Shown piece by piece: positions 1 to 8,338 of a stretch of 25,376 bases of DNA. Each line of letters starts with the position of its first letter. Position 1 is the first letter of the stretch. The position numbers and the translations under genes are program-made. The stretch is from the IMG/VR virus record IMGVR_UViG_3300017913_001487, positions 1 to 25,376 of that record. The stretch is one strand, 5' to 3'. Under the pieces are notes generated by a model. It made no database searches. It was not told the origin of the DNA and saw only the letters and a program-made list of their open reading frames with translations. Source of the DNA: a virus. Lineage: Duplodnaviria; Caudoviricetes.

Positions 1-211
1 CCTCACCTTAACTTCGCCAGGTATTTTGGTGCCCCCGTCGGGCCCATTCATGGCGTCAATGCGGGGTGGCTCGATCATCATCAATATCAATAGTAGTAGC
101 TATAGATATGCTGAATCGAATGCATCAGTGCATTCAGAGCGTGAATATTGGGGTTGGGTTGGTGTTGGTTGTTGTTGGCGGGAATCGGCCGGCGTATTGG
201 TGCGCCTTGCA

Positions 212-249
212 TCTATAGGGCTTGCAGATATCTGTTATTCCTATAGAGT
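212..249 (+). promoter_or_regulatory. Dyad with two overlapping GATATC-N8-CTATAG sites overlapping a candidate sigma70 promoter (TTGCAG-N16-TAGAGT)
   Basis: TCTATAGG(212-219)..CAGATATCTG(225-234)..CCTATAGA(240-247) share one symmetry axis; upstream of the first + strand gene; same motif at 12881-12906. Confidence 0.6.
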
Positions 250-295
250 GAACAACAACTACAGCAAAACGCTGTAGCAATTGGAGACTAGAACG

Positions 296-523
296 ATGTT
301 CGAATTTGTAATTACTTTCACATTAATAGGAGCTATCGCCGGCGCGGCGTGCGGCTTCCTCTCATATGAACCACGACGACGATCACGGCGCGGTATCCAT
401 TATCGGGATATAGCGGCGCGACGTAGTCAGACGGCGACGTGGTCCGGCCTATCCGCTATCGGTTCTCTTATCTTCTGCATGCTGATTTTGAGCGCGCTTA
501 TTAACAATGGGGTGTCACTATGA
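296..523 (+). CDS. Small membrane protein, two predicted TM helices with an Arg-rich loop
   Basis: GGAG at 283-286 precedes ATG 296; hydrophobic FEFVITFTLIGAIAGAACGFL and LSAIGSLIFCMLILSALI; ATGA overlap with next gene. Confidence 0.7.
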   Translation: MFEFVITFTLIGAIAGAACGFLSYEPRRRSRRGIHYRDIAARRSQTATWSGLSAIGSLIFCMLILSALINNGVSL

Positions 524-1401
524 ACCGTAAACAACTAGCGCCCATTATTGAGGCAGTAGCGGAACGATCTCACGACCGGGAATATATCGGCCGCGTGATC
601 ACTCAAGTAATTAAAGACACCCCGGACATTAAGCCGGGCTGGGCTTTGAATCTCACAAAGCTTTTAACGCTTTGCACTGATAAACCCGTGAAGGGCTCAC
701 CCTTTACTGTATTCGCCGAAGGTAACAGCAAGCTTCCTTTCCTCAGCTTCTCAGGCCTTCCCGGGGTTCAATTTTGTCCCGGCGCCGGCGATTGCGCGCA
801 ATGGTGTTACAGCTTTAGTTCGTGGCGCTATCCGGCCGCGTTTTGTCGTCAAGTACAAAATACGCTGCTACTGTCGACCGATGACGGCCGGCTTCACATT
901 CTGAACGAATTGGACGCGCAACTACGCCGGGCGAAATATCGCGACATTGAGCGCGTTGATTTTCGTCTATATGTCGACGGCGATTTTCGCAACGTTTCGG
1001 ATATCCATTTTTGGATGCAAGCGCTTCACAATCGCCCCAAATTGGCGGCGTATGGCTACTCTAAAAGCTTCCACCAATTATTGGGTTATGACGTCGCATG
1101 GCCTCACGAATGGCCTAGCAATTACGTTCTAAATGTTTCTAGCGGTCATAAACACTCGGCCGAGGTAGTCGCGGCCGTGGAAGCTTTACCGATTACCCGC
1201 GGCCATTTCGTCGCCGTGCCAATGGCTAAAACGGCGCGTCATAGTGACCATGGGGACCGGGATCATCAAAAGGCCTTGCGCGAGACATACGGCCGTAAAG
1301 CGTTTACATGTCCCGGCGAGTGCGGAGACTGTACGCCGTCCGGGCATGCATGTGGTTCCGATCGCTTCAAGGGCGTCGACATCATCATTGCGGCGCATTA
1401 A
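520..1401 (+). CDS. Gp88-like phage protein (Cys-rich, radical-SAM-like Fe-S candidate)
   Basis: GNSKL, CPGAGDCAQWCY, FRLYVDGDF, YGYSK and C-terminal CPGECGDC..C motifs resemble the phage Gp88 family. Confidence 0.7.
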   Translation: MNRKQLAPIIEAVAERSHDREYIGRVITQVIKDTPDIKPGWALNLTKLLTLCTDKPVKGSPFTVFAEGNSKLPFLSFSGLPGVQFCPGAGDCAQWCYSFSSWRYPAAFCRQVQNTLLLSTDDGRLHILNELDAQLRRAKYRDIERVDFRLYVDGDFRNVSDIHFWMQALHNRPKLAAYGYSKSFHQLLGYDVAWPHEWPSNYVLNVSSGHKHSAEVVAAVEALPITRGHFVAVPMAKTARHSDHGDRDHQKALRETYGRKAFTCPGECGDCTPSGHACGSDRFKGVDIIIAAH

Positions 1402-1433
1402 GTGCGCCTTACCATTACAGGAGTAATACCTTC

Positions 1434-1529
1434 ATGATTTTTAGATATCACGGAAAAGACTATTACAGCGCGGCCGATTTGGTCCGCGCGATTCAATACA
1501 AAATCACCATGGGAGACCTAATCAAATGA
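1434..1529 (+). CDS. Putative 31-aa protein (MIFRYHGKDYYSAADLVRAIQYKITMGDLIK)
   Basis: AGGAG at 1419-1423, ATG 1434, ATGA coupling to 1526; fills the operon gap. Confidence 0.5.
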   Translation: MIFRYHGKDYYSAADLVRAIQYKITMGDLIK

Positions 1530-1825
1530 GCGATTATCAATTCTTACTTTTTACCGATGGCGATACGTCGTCAATAAACATTGAAGGCGCGCGGTGCGAC
1601 ATTAGCGCCGCGATTGAAGCGACGGCCGAATATGCCGAGCGTATCGCGTCGCGTTTAGGTTATTCCGATTTCAAGCAAGCCGAGGACCGCGACGCCGGAT
1701 ATAGCCAATTGGTGCAAGTAGATTACATAAACGAAATTGCCGCTTTATGCCATGACGATCCGAAACCCCATATTTTCACGATGTCGCGCTTTACCGGGCC
1801 CGTTGAAATTTGGGTCAAGGCCTAA
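1526..1825 (+). CDS. Hypothetical phage protein
   Basis: GGGAG RBS, 99-aa ORF in operon, followed by terminator. Confidence 0.7.
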   Translation: MSDYQFLLFTDGDTSSINIEGARCDISAAIEATAEYAERIASRLGYSDFKQAEDRDAGYSQLVQVDYINEIAALCHDDPKPHIFTMSRFTGPVEIWVKA

Positions 1826-1846
1826 AAACCCCATGACGAAACGCAC

Positions 1847-1867
1847 AACCCGGTACGCCGGGTTTTT
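1847..1867 (+). terminator. Rho-independent terminator
   Basis: AACCCGG-TACG-CCGGGTT stem-loop followed by T run, just after the stop at 1825. Confidence 0.75.
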
Positions 1868-1939
1868 GTGTCTATGGCGATTGGTACGCCATACAGTGCG
1901 CGCCTGTAGCGCGCCCGAAGAGTAACCACGGGGTAAACC

Positions 1940-2329
1940 ATGGAAAAAGCTTTGTCTTTTAATTCGCACCTACATATCGCCGAAACGGCGATTGGTGTTA
2001 CTGAATGTCTCGGGAATGCTTTTGACATTCTCGAAACCGAGCACGCGCCAAAATGGGTGCGCGACGTTGCATCAAATGAAGGCTCCACGGGTTGGCGTGA
2101 ATTCGTCATTGTGGAGCTCGCGCCGTTCATCAATGACGCGCATCGCTTCACGGCTTTATTAAACGGGCCTACCAATGGGCCGGAAATAGACTGTTTTTAC
2201 ACTGAATATATCCCGGCGTTTTTTAGGGCCACGCGCGATTGGTCACATTTCCGCGCTCAAAGTGCGCGTGATGTTGGCATCGCGATTGGTCGCCAATTTG
2301 AACTAAATCAGCCTATACCGTTCGATTAA
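1940..2329 (+). CDS. Hypothetical phage protein
   Basis: 129-aa ORF, GGGGT upstream, same strand as neighbours. Confidence 0.65.
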   Translation: MEKALSFNSHLHIAETAIGVTECLGNAFDILETEHAPKWVRDVASNEGSTGWREFVIVELAPFINDAHRFTALLNGPTNGPEIDCFYTEYIPAFFRATRDWSHFRAQSARDVGIAIGRQFELNQPIPFD

Positions 2330-2552
2330 TTGCGAAATGTGACAAATTCACCAAAATTAATTTTAGGCCATTTTTAGCGCGTTTTTTCGCGCCCGGAGTC
2401 CTATGCATTGAGACCGAATCGCTAAAAATCCGGCTTTGATCGTCGACGGCGTCGCGCGTGATCGTTCAGCGATTCGCGCCGGCGCGCCGCGTCGCGACGT
2501 CGCGCGCCCGTGCCGAAATCGGCCGGAAATCGCGAAAATCCGCTCGCCTACC

Positions 2553-2619
2553 GAAATCCGTCTACATCGGAAACCATCTACACTAGGAAAACCATCTACA
2601 CTGGAAAACCATCTACACC
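2553..2619. repeat. Tandem 16-17 bp direct repeats (GGAAA(A)CCATCTACAC x3 plus one degenerate copy)
   Basis: Copies start at 2553 (degenerate), 2569, 2586 and 2603; overlap the HNH stop codon. Confidence 0.9.
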
Positions 2620-3060
2620 AGGTTTTTTCGCTTCAACTTTTTTCTCAAGTTCAGCAAAAAGTCCTCGACGACGATCGCGCTCTTCCAGAGTTTTGAGGTT
2701 ATGGCAGCGGTGGCAAAGCGACTGAAGGTTTCTACTATCCAGTCTGAGGCTATCATCATCTTTGCGTTCAATGATGTGATCGACCACATCAGCAGCTTTA
2801 GTAATCCCTCTAGCAAAACAAAACTCACAGAGAGGATTAGCACTAATATAAGCACGCCGTAAGTGACGCCAATCGCGACTGCTGTACCAGCGATCTCTTT
2901 TAAGGTCTTCATCTGACATTCTCCCACGACGCTCGGTCGTATTCCTCCTTAACGCACGAGTCTCACGCACGTGCCTCGCGCACAGCCCTCGGGCGCGCCT
3001 ATCACTCACGAGCTCTGTACAACCAGGTGAGCGACAGGGGCGGGGGGCATCATGTGGCAC
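2596..3060 (-). CDS. HNH endonuclease, HK97 gp74-like (terminase-associated type)
   Basis: MP..PRPCRSPGC N-terminus; WYSSRDWRHLR, NPLCEFC, VVDHI, NLQSLCHRCHNLKT. Confidence 0.9.
   Translation of the reverse strand: MPHDAPRPCRSPGCTELVSDRRARGLCARHVRETRALRRNTTERRGRMSDEDLKRDRWYSSRDWRHLRRAYISANPLCEFCFARGITKAADVVDHIIERKDDDSLRLDSRNLQSLCHRCHNLKTLEERDRRRGLFAELEKKVEAKKPGVDGFPV
2613..2912 (-). CDS. Nested out-of-frame membrane protein inside the HNH gene; holin candidate
   Basis: GGGAG-N8-ATG; long hydrophobic stretch IAGTAVAIGVTYGVLILVLILSVSFVLL; basic C-terminus RKKLKRK. Confidence 0.35.
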   Translation of the reverse strand: MKTLKEIAGTAVAIGVTYGVLILVLILSVSFVLLEGLLKLLMWSITSLNAKMMIASDWIVETFSRFATAAITSKLWKSAIVVEDFLLNLRKKLKRKNLV

Positions 3061-3316
3061 CTAAGACCTCCATCAACTTATTGACGTAGAACTGCAGCTT
3101 GCCGGCATCGCGTACCGGGCGTTCATGCTTTTTCATCATGCGCCACTGGTACTTGATCGCGTTGCCGCGCAGGTAGCCTATGAACTCTTCGTCTGAAAGC
3201 TGGGCCTCGATGACATCAATGCACTCAAGGCCGCTTTTCGATTGATAATGTTGTGGTTTGTTGATCTGCTTACGCAGTTCGTCCCATTCGCTGGGTGTAA
3301 CGTTGTCTATAGACAT
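3050..3316 (-). CDS. DUF3310 protein (T7 gp1.7-like putative nucleotide kinase)
   Basis: INKPQHY..ECIDVI..GYLRGNAIKY.WR motif; AGGAGG RBS. Confidence 0.85.
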   Translation of the reverse strand: MSIDNVTPSEWDELRKQINKPQHYQSKSGLECIDVIEAQLSDEEFIGYLRGNAIKYQWRMMKKHERPVRDAGKLQFYVNKLMEVLGAT

Positions 3317-3398
3317 GTCTCCTCCTATGGAGACCCGCAGTGCGTTTTAGTGACTCGCAGACATACACGGGTCGAACAACGCGTTACGACGTTGTTCA

Positions 3399-3418
3399 TA
3401 CCGTCGACGTTTCAGTCA
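3399..3418 (-). promoter_or_regulatory. Putative phage RNAP promoter, copy 3 (TGACTGAAACGTCGACGGTA)
   Basis: 18/20 identical to copies at 9727 and 12712; same orientation; at a gene boundary. Confidence 0.65.
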
Positions 3419-4227
3419 ATTGGCTCTACGGGGTAGTAAGTGGGTACTGTGGGATGCCAGAGTCTTACGAGCGCCTCATCGGGGTCGTAGTCTTCTGAAC
3501 GTAGGATTCGCGCTAGTCGCGCTTGTCTGACAGCTTCGTCTTCTGCCTCAAACTCACTGTCGTAAGCGTTGCGGTACAGGTCTAGAACGATCTGCCAATT
3601 ACGGCGTAGGTAAAACTCAGGGTGCGTGTCGTCCGGGGCGAGCAGCGCTTTGGCTGCTTTGACCTTACCGACTCTAGGACAGCCGCCGTAGCCGTCTGTG
3701 CTGTCACCTGTGAGCGTTTGCGTCAGCCAATTGTAGTTAGCCTGGTTGACGCTTACTTCGACGATTTCACCGTGGCGTGGGTTATAGATTCGCCCCGGGA
3801 TCGTAAGCATGTCCTTGTCAGACGAAACGATGATCGTGTCGTCCGGGTTGTCGGTATGCAAAATGCCTAAGACGTCGTCACCTTCCATGCCTCCTATGCT
3901 GAAAGCTTCGAGCTGCTTACGAGCTCGCTCAATGAGCGGCCAGTACAGTTCGGGCTTAGGCTTAGGGTTACGGTTGGCTTTGTAGTCAGGAAAGACCGAC
4001 TTGCGAAAGTTGCTGCGGTCGTCCGGTGACAAGACCATCATAAACGCTTCACAACCACAGCCTAGGAGGATCTCCTCGACTGCGGTCATTGCCTGGTAGT
4101 AGGCGTCGTCAAGCGTGATGTCTTTGCGTGGTGTTCCGTCGAACGGGTCTTTACCCTCGGCCATTGAGGCCGCTTGATAAAAGACGATGTCCGCGTCAAT
4201 AAGCGCAATCACTCTCAGGCCCTCCAT
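3412..4227 (-). CDS. 5'-3' exonuclease (T7 gp6-like)
   Basis: LIDAD, NFRK..PDYKANR, EGDDVLG, SSDKD, GDSTDGYGGCPRVG motifs; downstream of DNA polymerase. Confidence 0.92.
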   Translation of the reverse strand: MEGLRVIALIDADIVFYQAASMAEGKDPFDGTPRKDITLDDAYYQAMTAVEEILLGCGCEAFMMVLSPDDRSNFRKSVFPDYKANRNPKPKPELYWPLIERARKQLEAFSIGGMEGDDVLGILHTDNPDDTIIVSSDKDMLTIPGRIYNPRHGEIVEVSVNQANYNWLTQTLTGDSTDGYGGCPRVGKVKAAKALLAPDDTHPEFYLRRNWQIVLDLYRNAYDSEFEAEDEAVRQARLARILRSEDYDPDEALVRLWHPTVPTYYPVEPID

Positions 4228-4411
4228 AGTCCATCGCCTGACGTAGCTGTGCTTTCATCTCTTCGTCAGCGTCGGACCAGCCGGCGTCCCAAAAGTTGAA
4301 GAACACGGCGTTGGCATAGCGACCGTAAGGGTTGGCGTCACGTGGTTGTTTAAGGAAACGAGCTTCGCGGCCGGCCCTATAAAAGGCAGCCTCTTTCACT
4401 GTCATAGTCAT
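4196..4411 (-). CDS. Rmf/CrpP-like small protein
   Basis: Y.AG.EA...NPY...W.AGW pattern resembles ribosome modulation factor; GGAG RBS. Confidence 0.6.
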   Translation of the reverse strand: MTMTVKEAAFYRAGREARFLKQPRDANPYGRYANAVFFNFWDAGWSDADEEMKAQLRQAMDYGGPESDCAY

Positions 4412-4420
4412 TGTTATCTC

Positions 4421-6268
4421 CTAGTGGGTGTCGGCCCAGGATTTGCCGATTTGGTAGTCCCCGGCGAAGGGGACGGGAAAGCCCAGCCGTTTACCGGCTA
4501 GGTTTATAGACATGGCGAACAGCCCCCCAACCAACTCAGCGACCTCTGGTCGTGAACTGATCTGCTGTTCGTCATGAACGTTGGCGAGTAACGCGAAGTC
4601 CTCGCCGTGTTTAAGACCCTCTGCGGGTGTGAGCTCATGGATAAAAAGGGCCAAGGCTTGCTTCATCAGAACACTACCGCTGCCCTGTAGTAGCGTGTTC
4701 AATGCCGTTCGGCTTGCACTAGCAGCCCTACGGCCATCGGGGAGGGTTAGATAACCGTTCTCCTCTGCTTGGTGCTGAACGCTTCTGATGAGCTCGCCTA
4801 GGCCAAGTACGCCAGACTCTATGTCACGTCTGGCACCCCGACCTAGGGCAACATACTGAGATCGGGGAGGAGCCACTTGTCCTGCCGCAGCTAAGTCGTC
4901 TGCGACAATGGAGCCGATTTTGCCGTCACCCGCACCATATATAAGTGCGTAGTACAGCGTTTTGGCCGAATCACGACTATGAAGTCCTGCGGCCTTTTGG
5001 TTGATTGAATGCGGGTCTGTTGCTGTCTCTTTACTACCTTTGAGTACTGACTCCGCGTAGGCGCCGTTATCGTACTTGTGGAGGTAGCAAGCCAGCATTC
5101 TTAGCTCTAACGCGTCAGCGTCACAGCCGACCAGCACATGACCTTCGTCTGGTATCCAGAGCGAGCGCATCGCTTTTGATTTGTCGACTTGCGCCATGTT
5201 GGGACGCGAGTGCGACATGCGATGTGTACGAGAGCCACACGAGCGAACGTAGCCGTGCATACGGCCGTTGCGGTGCAACTTTAACCAGGCATTGTTACCG
5301 TCGGCCAACATGCCCATTTGCTTCTGCTTACGATAGTAGTCGCGGAGCAGGGCGGCTTCGGGGTAATCGAGGTCGGCAAGTGTGGACTCGTCGAGCTTCG
5401 GTCTGCCGTCGTCGGTAAAGATCGTAGGCTTCCAGCCGTATTGCTGAGACAGTCGATAGGCGACTTGCTCACGGCTACCGGGATTGAACATCTCGACTTT
5501 GCACTTGGTAAGCGGCGCCCCGGCTATGTAGCCCTGACGACGGTTGTTACCTTTGGGTGTAAAAGTCTGGTCAGTAACCCAGCGCTTTTTACCGAAGTCC
5601 CAGCGACCACGCTCAGGCTTTAGCTGCGGTTCGAAGACCTTAGACAGCGTGAGCTCAAGCTTGGCGATGTCGTCGGTTAGCTTGCATGACAGTTGCTCAG
5701 CGGCTTTTACGTCGAAGCGGAAGCCGTGATTGCTCTGTAAGGCGAGGGCGTGTTGTACCTGGTGTTCGAGCTTAATAGCGGGACGGTAGTCATTACCGTT
5801 GCGTAATAGCTTGTTGAGCTCCTTTTGCAGGTAGCGGTACAAGACCCACGTTAGCTCGACGTCGCGTTCCATGTAGGTCCGCATCTCGTGCGAGTAGCCC
5901 GACCAGTCGTGGTGGTCACCCTTGGGATAGTTGAACTGCTCGCCGTACGTCGCTAGGGCGATAGATCGTCGGCTAGGTTCTAGTAGACCAGCTACGACCA
6001 TTGTGTCCCATTGTTGCTCGTAGCGGAGCGCGTCAGGGTACAGCTTGTTGATAGCTGGCATGTCGAAGCCGATCACGTTGTGACCGATGACTCTGTCAGC
6101 TTTAGACAGCCGCTCGATACCTTCAGCTAGACGTGGGAGGTCGGGGTCGTGATCTGTGTAAGTCTGGACCTTGCCGTCTTCGGCGCTTGCGATGCCTATG
6201 CACCATATCGTTGAAAGTTCGTCGAGCAGCCCGTTTGTTTCGATGTCGTAAACGAGGCTCTCTCCCAT
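4421..6268 (-). CDS. DNA polymerase family A (T7 gp5-like) with 3'-5' exonuclease
   Basis: YDIETNG, GHNVIGFD, YMERDV exo motifs; motif A DADALELR, motif B RDSAKTLYYALIYG, motif C VHDE. Confidence 0.97.
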   Translation of the reverse strand: MGESLVYDIETNGLLDELSTIWCIGIASAEDGKVQTYTDHDPDLPRLAEGIERLSKADRVIGHNVIGFDMPAINKLYPDALRYEQQWDTMVVAGLLEPSRRSIALATYGEQFNYPKGDHHDWSGYSHEMRTYMERDVELTWVLYRYLQKELNKLLRNGNDYRPAIKLEHQVQHALALQSNHGFRFDVKAAEQLSCKLTDDIAKLELTLSKVFEPQLKPERGRWDFGKKRWVTDQTFTPKGNNRRQGYIAGAPLTKCKVEMFNPGSREQVAYRLSQQYGWKPTIFTDDGRPKLDESTLADLDYPEAALLRDYYRKQKQMGMLADGNNAWLKLHRNGRMHGYVRSCGSRTHRMSHSRPNMAQVDKSKAMRSLWIPDEGHVLVGCDADALELRMLACYLHKYDNGAYAESVLKGSKETATDPHSINQKAAGLHSRDSAKTLYYALIYGAGDGKIGSIVADDLAAAGQVAPPRSQYVALGRGARRDIESGVLGLGELIRSVQHQAEENGYLTLPDGRRAASASRTALNTLLQGSGSVLMKQALALFIHELTPAEGLKHGEDFALLANVHDEQQISSRPEVAELVGGLFAMSINLAGKRLGFPVPFAGDYQIGKSWADTH

Positions 6269-6270
6269 AA

Positions 6271-6480
6271 CTACTCCGGCAACTCAGTTAGTAGTAGGTA
6301 GTCCTCGAGGGTGAGGGTGATTTTTTTCTGTGGTGATTGTTGTTTAACGAAGCCAATAAACTTGTGCATGGCGAGGACGCGAGTGCGGCGTGAGATAGAG
6401 TTCACGTCCGACGCGTTGTACGCACCCATAGCTTTCGATACCAGCTTGTAAGCCTCTTGGGCGCTTATCTCACATTGCAT
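6271..6480 (-). CDS. Hypothetical protein
   Basis: 69-aa ORF tightly packed in the replication operon. Confidence 0.65.
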   Translation of the reverse strand: MQCEISAQEAYKLVSKAMGAYNASDVNSISRRTRVLAMHKFIGFVKQQSPQKKITLTLEDYLLLTELPE

Positions 6481-6695
6481 ATTTGAGCACCTATTTCTTT
6501 CTCTATTTCAATACACAACATGCGCGTTAAGGGGTGGGTAGGTAGACCAGAACTGTCGACCTGCATTGAGTACGCGGCCATTTCAGCCGCGATGTCGCGC
6601 ATGACGAGTCTGAGGACAGACTCCTTGTTCTTTTCCACTGACGCGTGGACGGCGCGCTTCACCTCGTAGGCGAGCGCTTCGGGATCAAGTTCCAT
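6465..6695 (-). CDS. Hypothetical protein
   Basis: AGGAGG RBS; tightly packed. Confidence 0.75.
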   Translation of the reverse strand: MELDPEALAYEVKRAVHASVEKNKESVLRLVMRDIAAEMAAYSMQVDSSGLPTHPLTRMLCIEIEKEIGAQICNVR

Positions 6696-6708
6696 ATTTC
6701 CTCCTGCG

Positions 6709-8328
6709 TTAAAACGGAACGTCGCCTACCGGGTCGGTGGGCGTGAAGGTGTCGTCGTAGTGCAACAGCCGGCCGCGTTCGTTGCAGTAGTGCAACTTGC
6801 CGGCGGGACCGACAACACCATAGGGTCGATTCTTAAGAAGACGGAGCTGTGTGACGTTAGAGTCGTCGCCTTGCTGGTTACGCTCTGAGGCAATGACGAT
6901 GTCTGCCAATTGCTCAAGGGCGCTAGAGCCGCGAAGGTCTGTGAGTGACACAGAGCCTCCGTCGTTAAAAGAGTCTTTGTTGTTGTTGCGGCGCAGGTGC
7001 GCCACGGTGATGAGACCAACACCCGTCTGTTCTACAAACAGGCGTAGGTTCGTCATCAGGTTATCAATCGCTTTCCGCTCGTCGTGGTCCTTTAGACCAG
7101 AGATGGCGAGATGGATGTGATCAAAGATAATGAAGTCACACTCAGCGCCAACAGCGAAATAGCGAAGCTTTCCAACGAGTTCATCAATGTCGGAGCATCC
7201 CCATTCTGTGTTGAAGACACACTTAGTGATGTAGTCATCAAATGACTGTTGCCATTGATCACGGCTTATTCGTTCGGGACTCTCTAGCAAGTCGGAGAGC
7301 GGGACTTGTTGGTCGATCGCGACCATCCCGGTAACTGTCTTGTTGAGGCTTTCCTCAAGCATGACCCAACCGACTTTTTGGTTGTGTTCAGCCGTCAGAT
7401 AAAAGCCGATCTCACGAGCCAGTGTCGACTTACCGATACCAGAGCCGGCGCAGAGCAGTACGAGCTCACGTTTGCGTAAGCCGCGTATTGCTGCGTTTAG
7501 CTCGACGTAAGGTATGTCGAGACCTTTGGGTACACCTTTGAGTACGTCAGCGAGGCTTATGTCCTCACCGGCAATGATGCCGTCAGGTCTGTAAGGCTGA
7601 GCGCTGTAGATAGCACTCTTGAGCTCACCGTCTCGACCAGCCTTTACCATCTCGTTTGGATCTTTGAGCGGTAGCTTTGCGATCTTGGCGAGACCGGGCT
7701 TTAGGATGGCGGCGCACTCACGTGCTGCCTTTGTGCCTGGTTCGTCTTGGTCGAACAAAAAGACGACCTCCTCAAACTGTTCGATCCAATGGATCTGTTT
7801 GCGGATGGTCTTGATGGCGCCCTGTGCGCCGCTTGGGACGCTGACGACTTGCCACGTAAGGCCGGTGACCTGAGCGTAGGAAAGACAGTCGATCTCGCCT
7901 TCTGTGATGACTAGGCGTTGGCCCGGTGACCAGAGTTGCTGACCGAATAGGCCAGCCTTGTTGAGGTCGCCGGTGACGTAAAAGTCTTTGTCGGGTGTAC
8001 GGACCTTCTGAGCAACGACAGCGCCTTGCTTGTCGTAGTAGGGCGCATAGTGCTTGCCCTCGTTGTCAACGGTGTAATTAAACTTGCGTAGAGTTTTTTC
8101 GAAGAGTCGCCGCTTGGGCAGGTCAACGAATGCACCACGGGTAGTAGGTGTCTGGATTTTGGTTGAATTTTTTGTTTGTTGTGGTTGGTCAGCGTCAGCG
8201 GTCTGCTCGACGCTTTTCTCGTAATGGTGACAGCTAAAACAGTAGCCGTGACCATCATCGTAGATCGCGAAGGCGTCTGAGCTCGAACACGAGACACAGG
8301 CTTCCTTGCGTATGTAGTTGGATGACAT
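6709..8328 (-). CDS. DNA primase-helicase (T7 gp4-like)
   Basis: Zn finger CVSCSSSD..YCFSC, TOPRIM ITEGEID and FDQD, Walker A AGSGIGKS, IFDH, DLRGS, KNR; start moved to ATG 8328 (GGAGG RBS). Confidence 0.97.
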   Translation of the reverse strand: MSSNYIRKEACVSCSSSDAFAIYDDGHGYCFSCHHYEKSVEQTADADQPQQTKNSTKIQTPTTRGAFVDLPKRRLFEKTLRKFNYTVDNEGKHYAPYYDKQGAVVAQKVRTPDKDFYVTGDLNKAGLFGQQLWSPGQRLVITEGEIDCLSYAQVTGLTWQVVSVPSGAQGAIKTIRKQIHWIEQFEEVVFLFDQDEPGTKAARECAAILKPGLAKIAKLPLKDPNEMVKAGRDGELKSAIYSAQPYRPDGIIAGEDISLADVLKGVPKGLDIPYVELNAAIRGLRKRELVLLCAGSGIGKSTLAREIGFYLTAEHNQKVGWVMLEESLNKTVTGMVAIDQQVPLSDLLESPERISRDQWQQSFDDYITKCVFNTEWGCSDIDELVGKLRYFAVGAECDFIIFDHIHLAISGLKDHDERKAIDNLMTNLRLFVEQTGVGLITVAHLRRNNNKDSFNDGGSVSLTDLRGSSALEQLADIVIASERNQQGDDSNVTQLRLLKNRPYGVVGPAGKLHYCNERGRLLHYDDTFTPTDPVGDVPF

Positions 8329-8338
8329 AGCCCCTCCG

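Noticed and set aside
26-277. 83-aa ORF at the window start
   Set aside because: No RBS, low-complexity translation, overlaps the promoter/operator dyad
2553-2619. CRISPR-like array
   Set aside because: Repeats are 16-17 bp and essentially abutting, with no spacers and no cas genes
2436-2725. + strand ORFs 2436-2696 and 2510-2725
   Set aside because: They run through repeats and antisense to HNH, with no RBS or recognisable motifs
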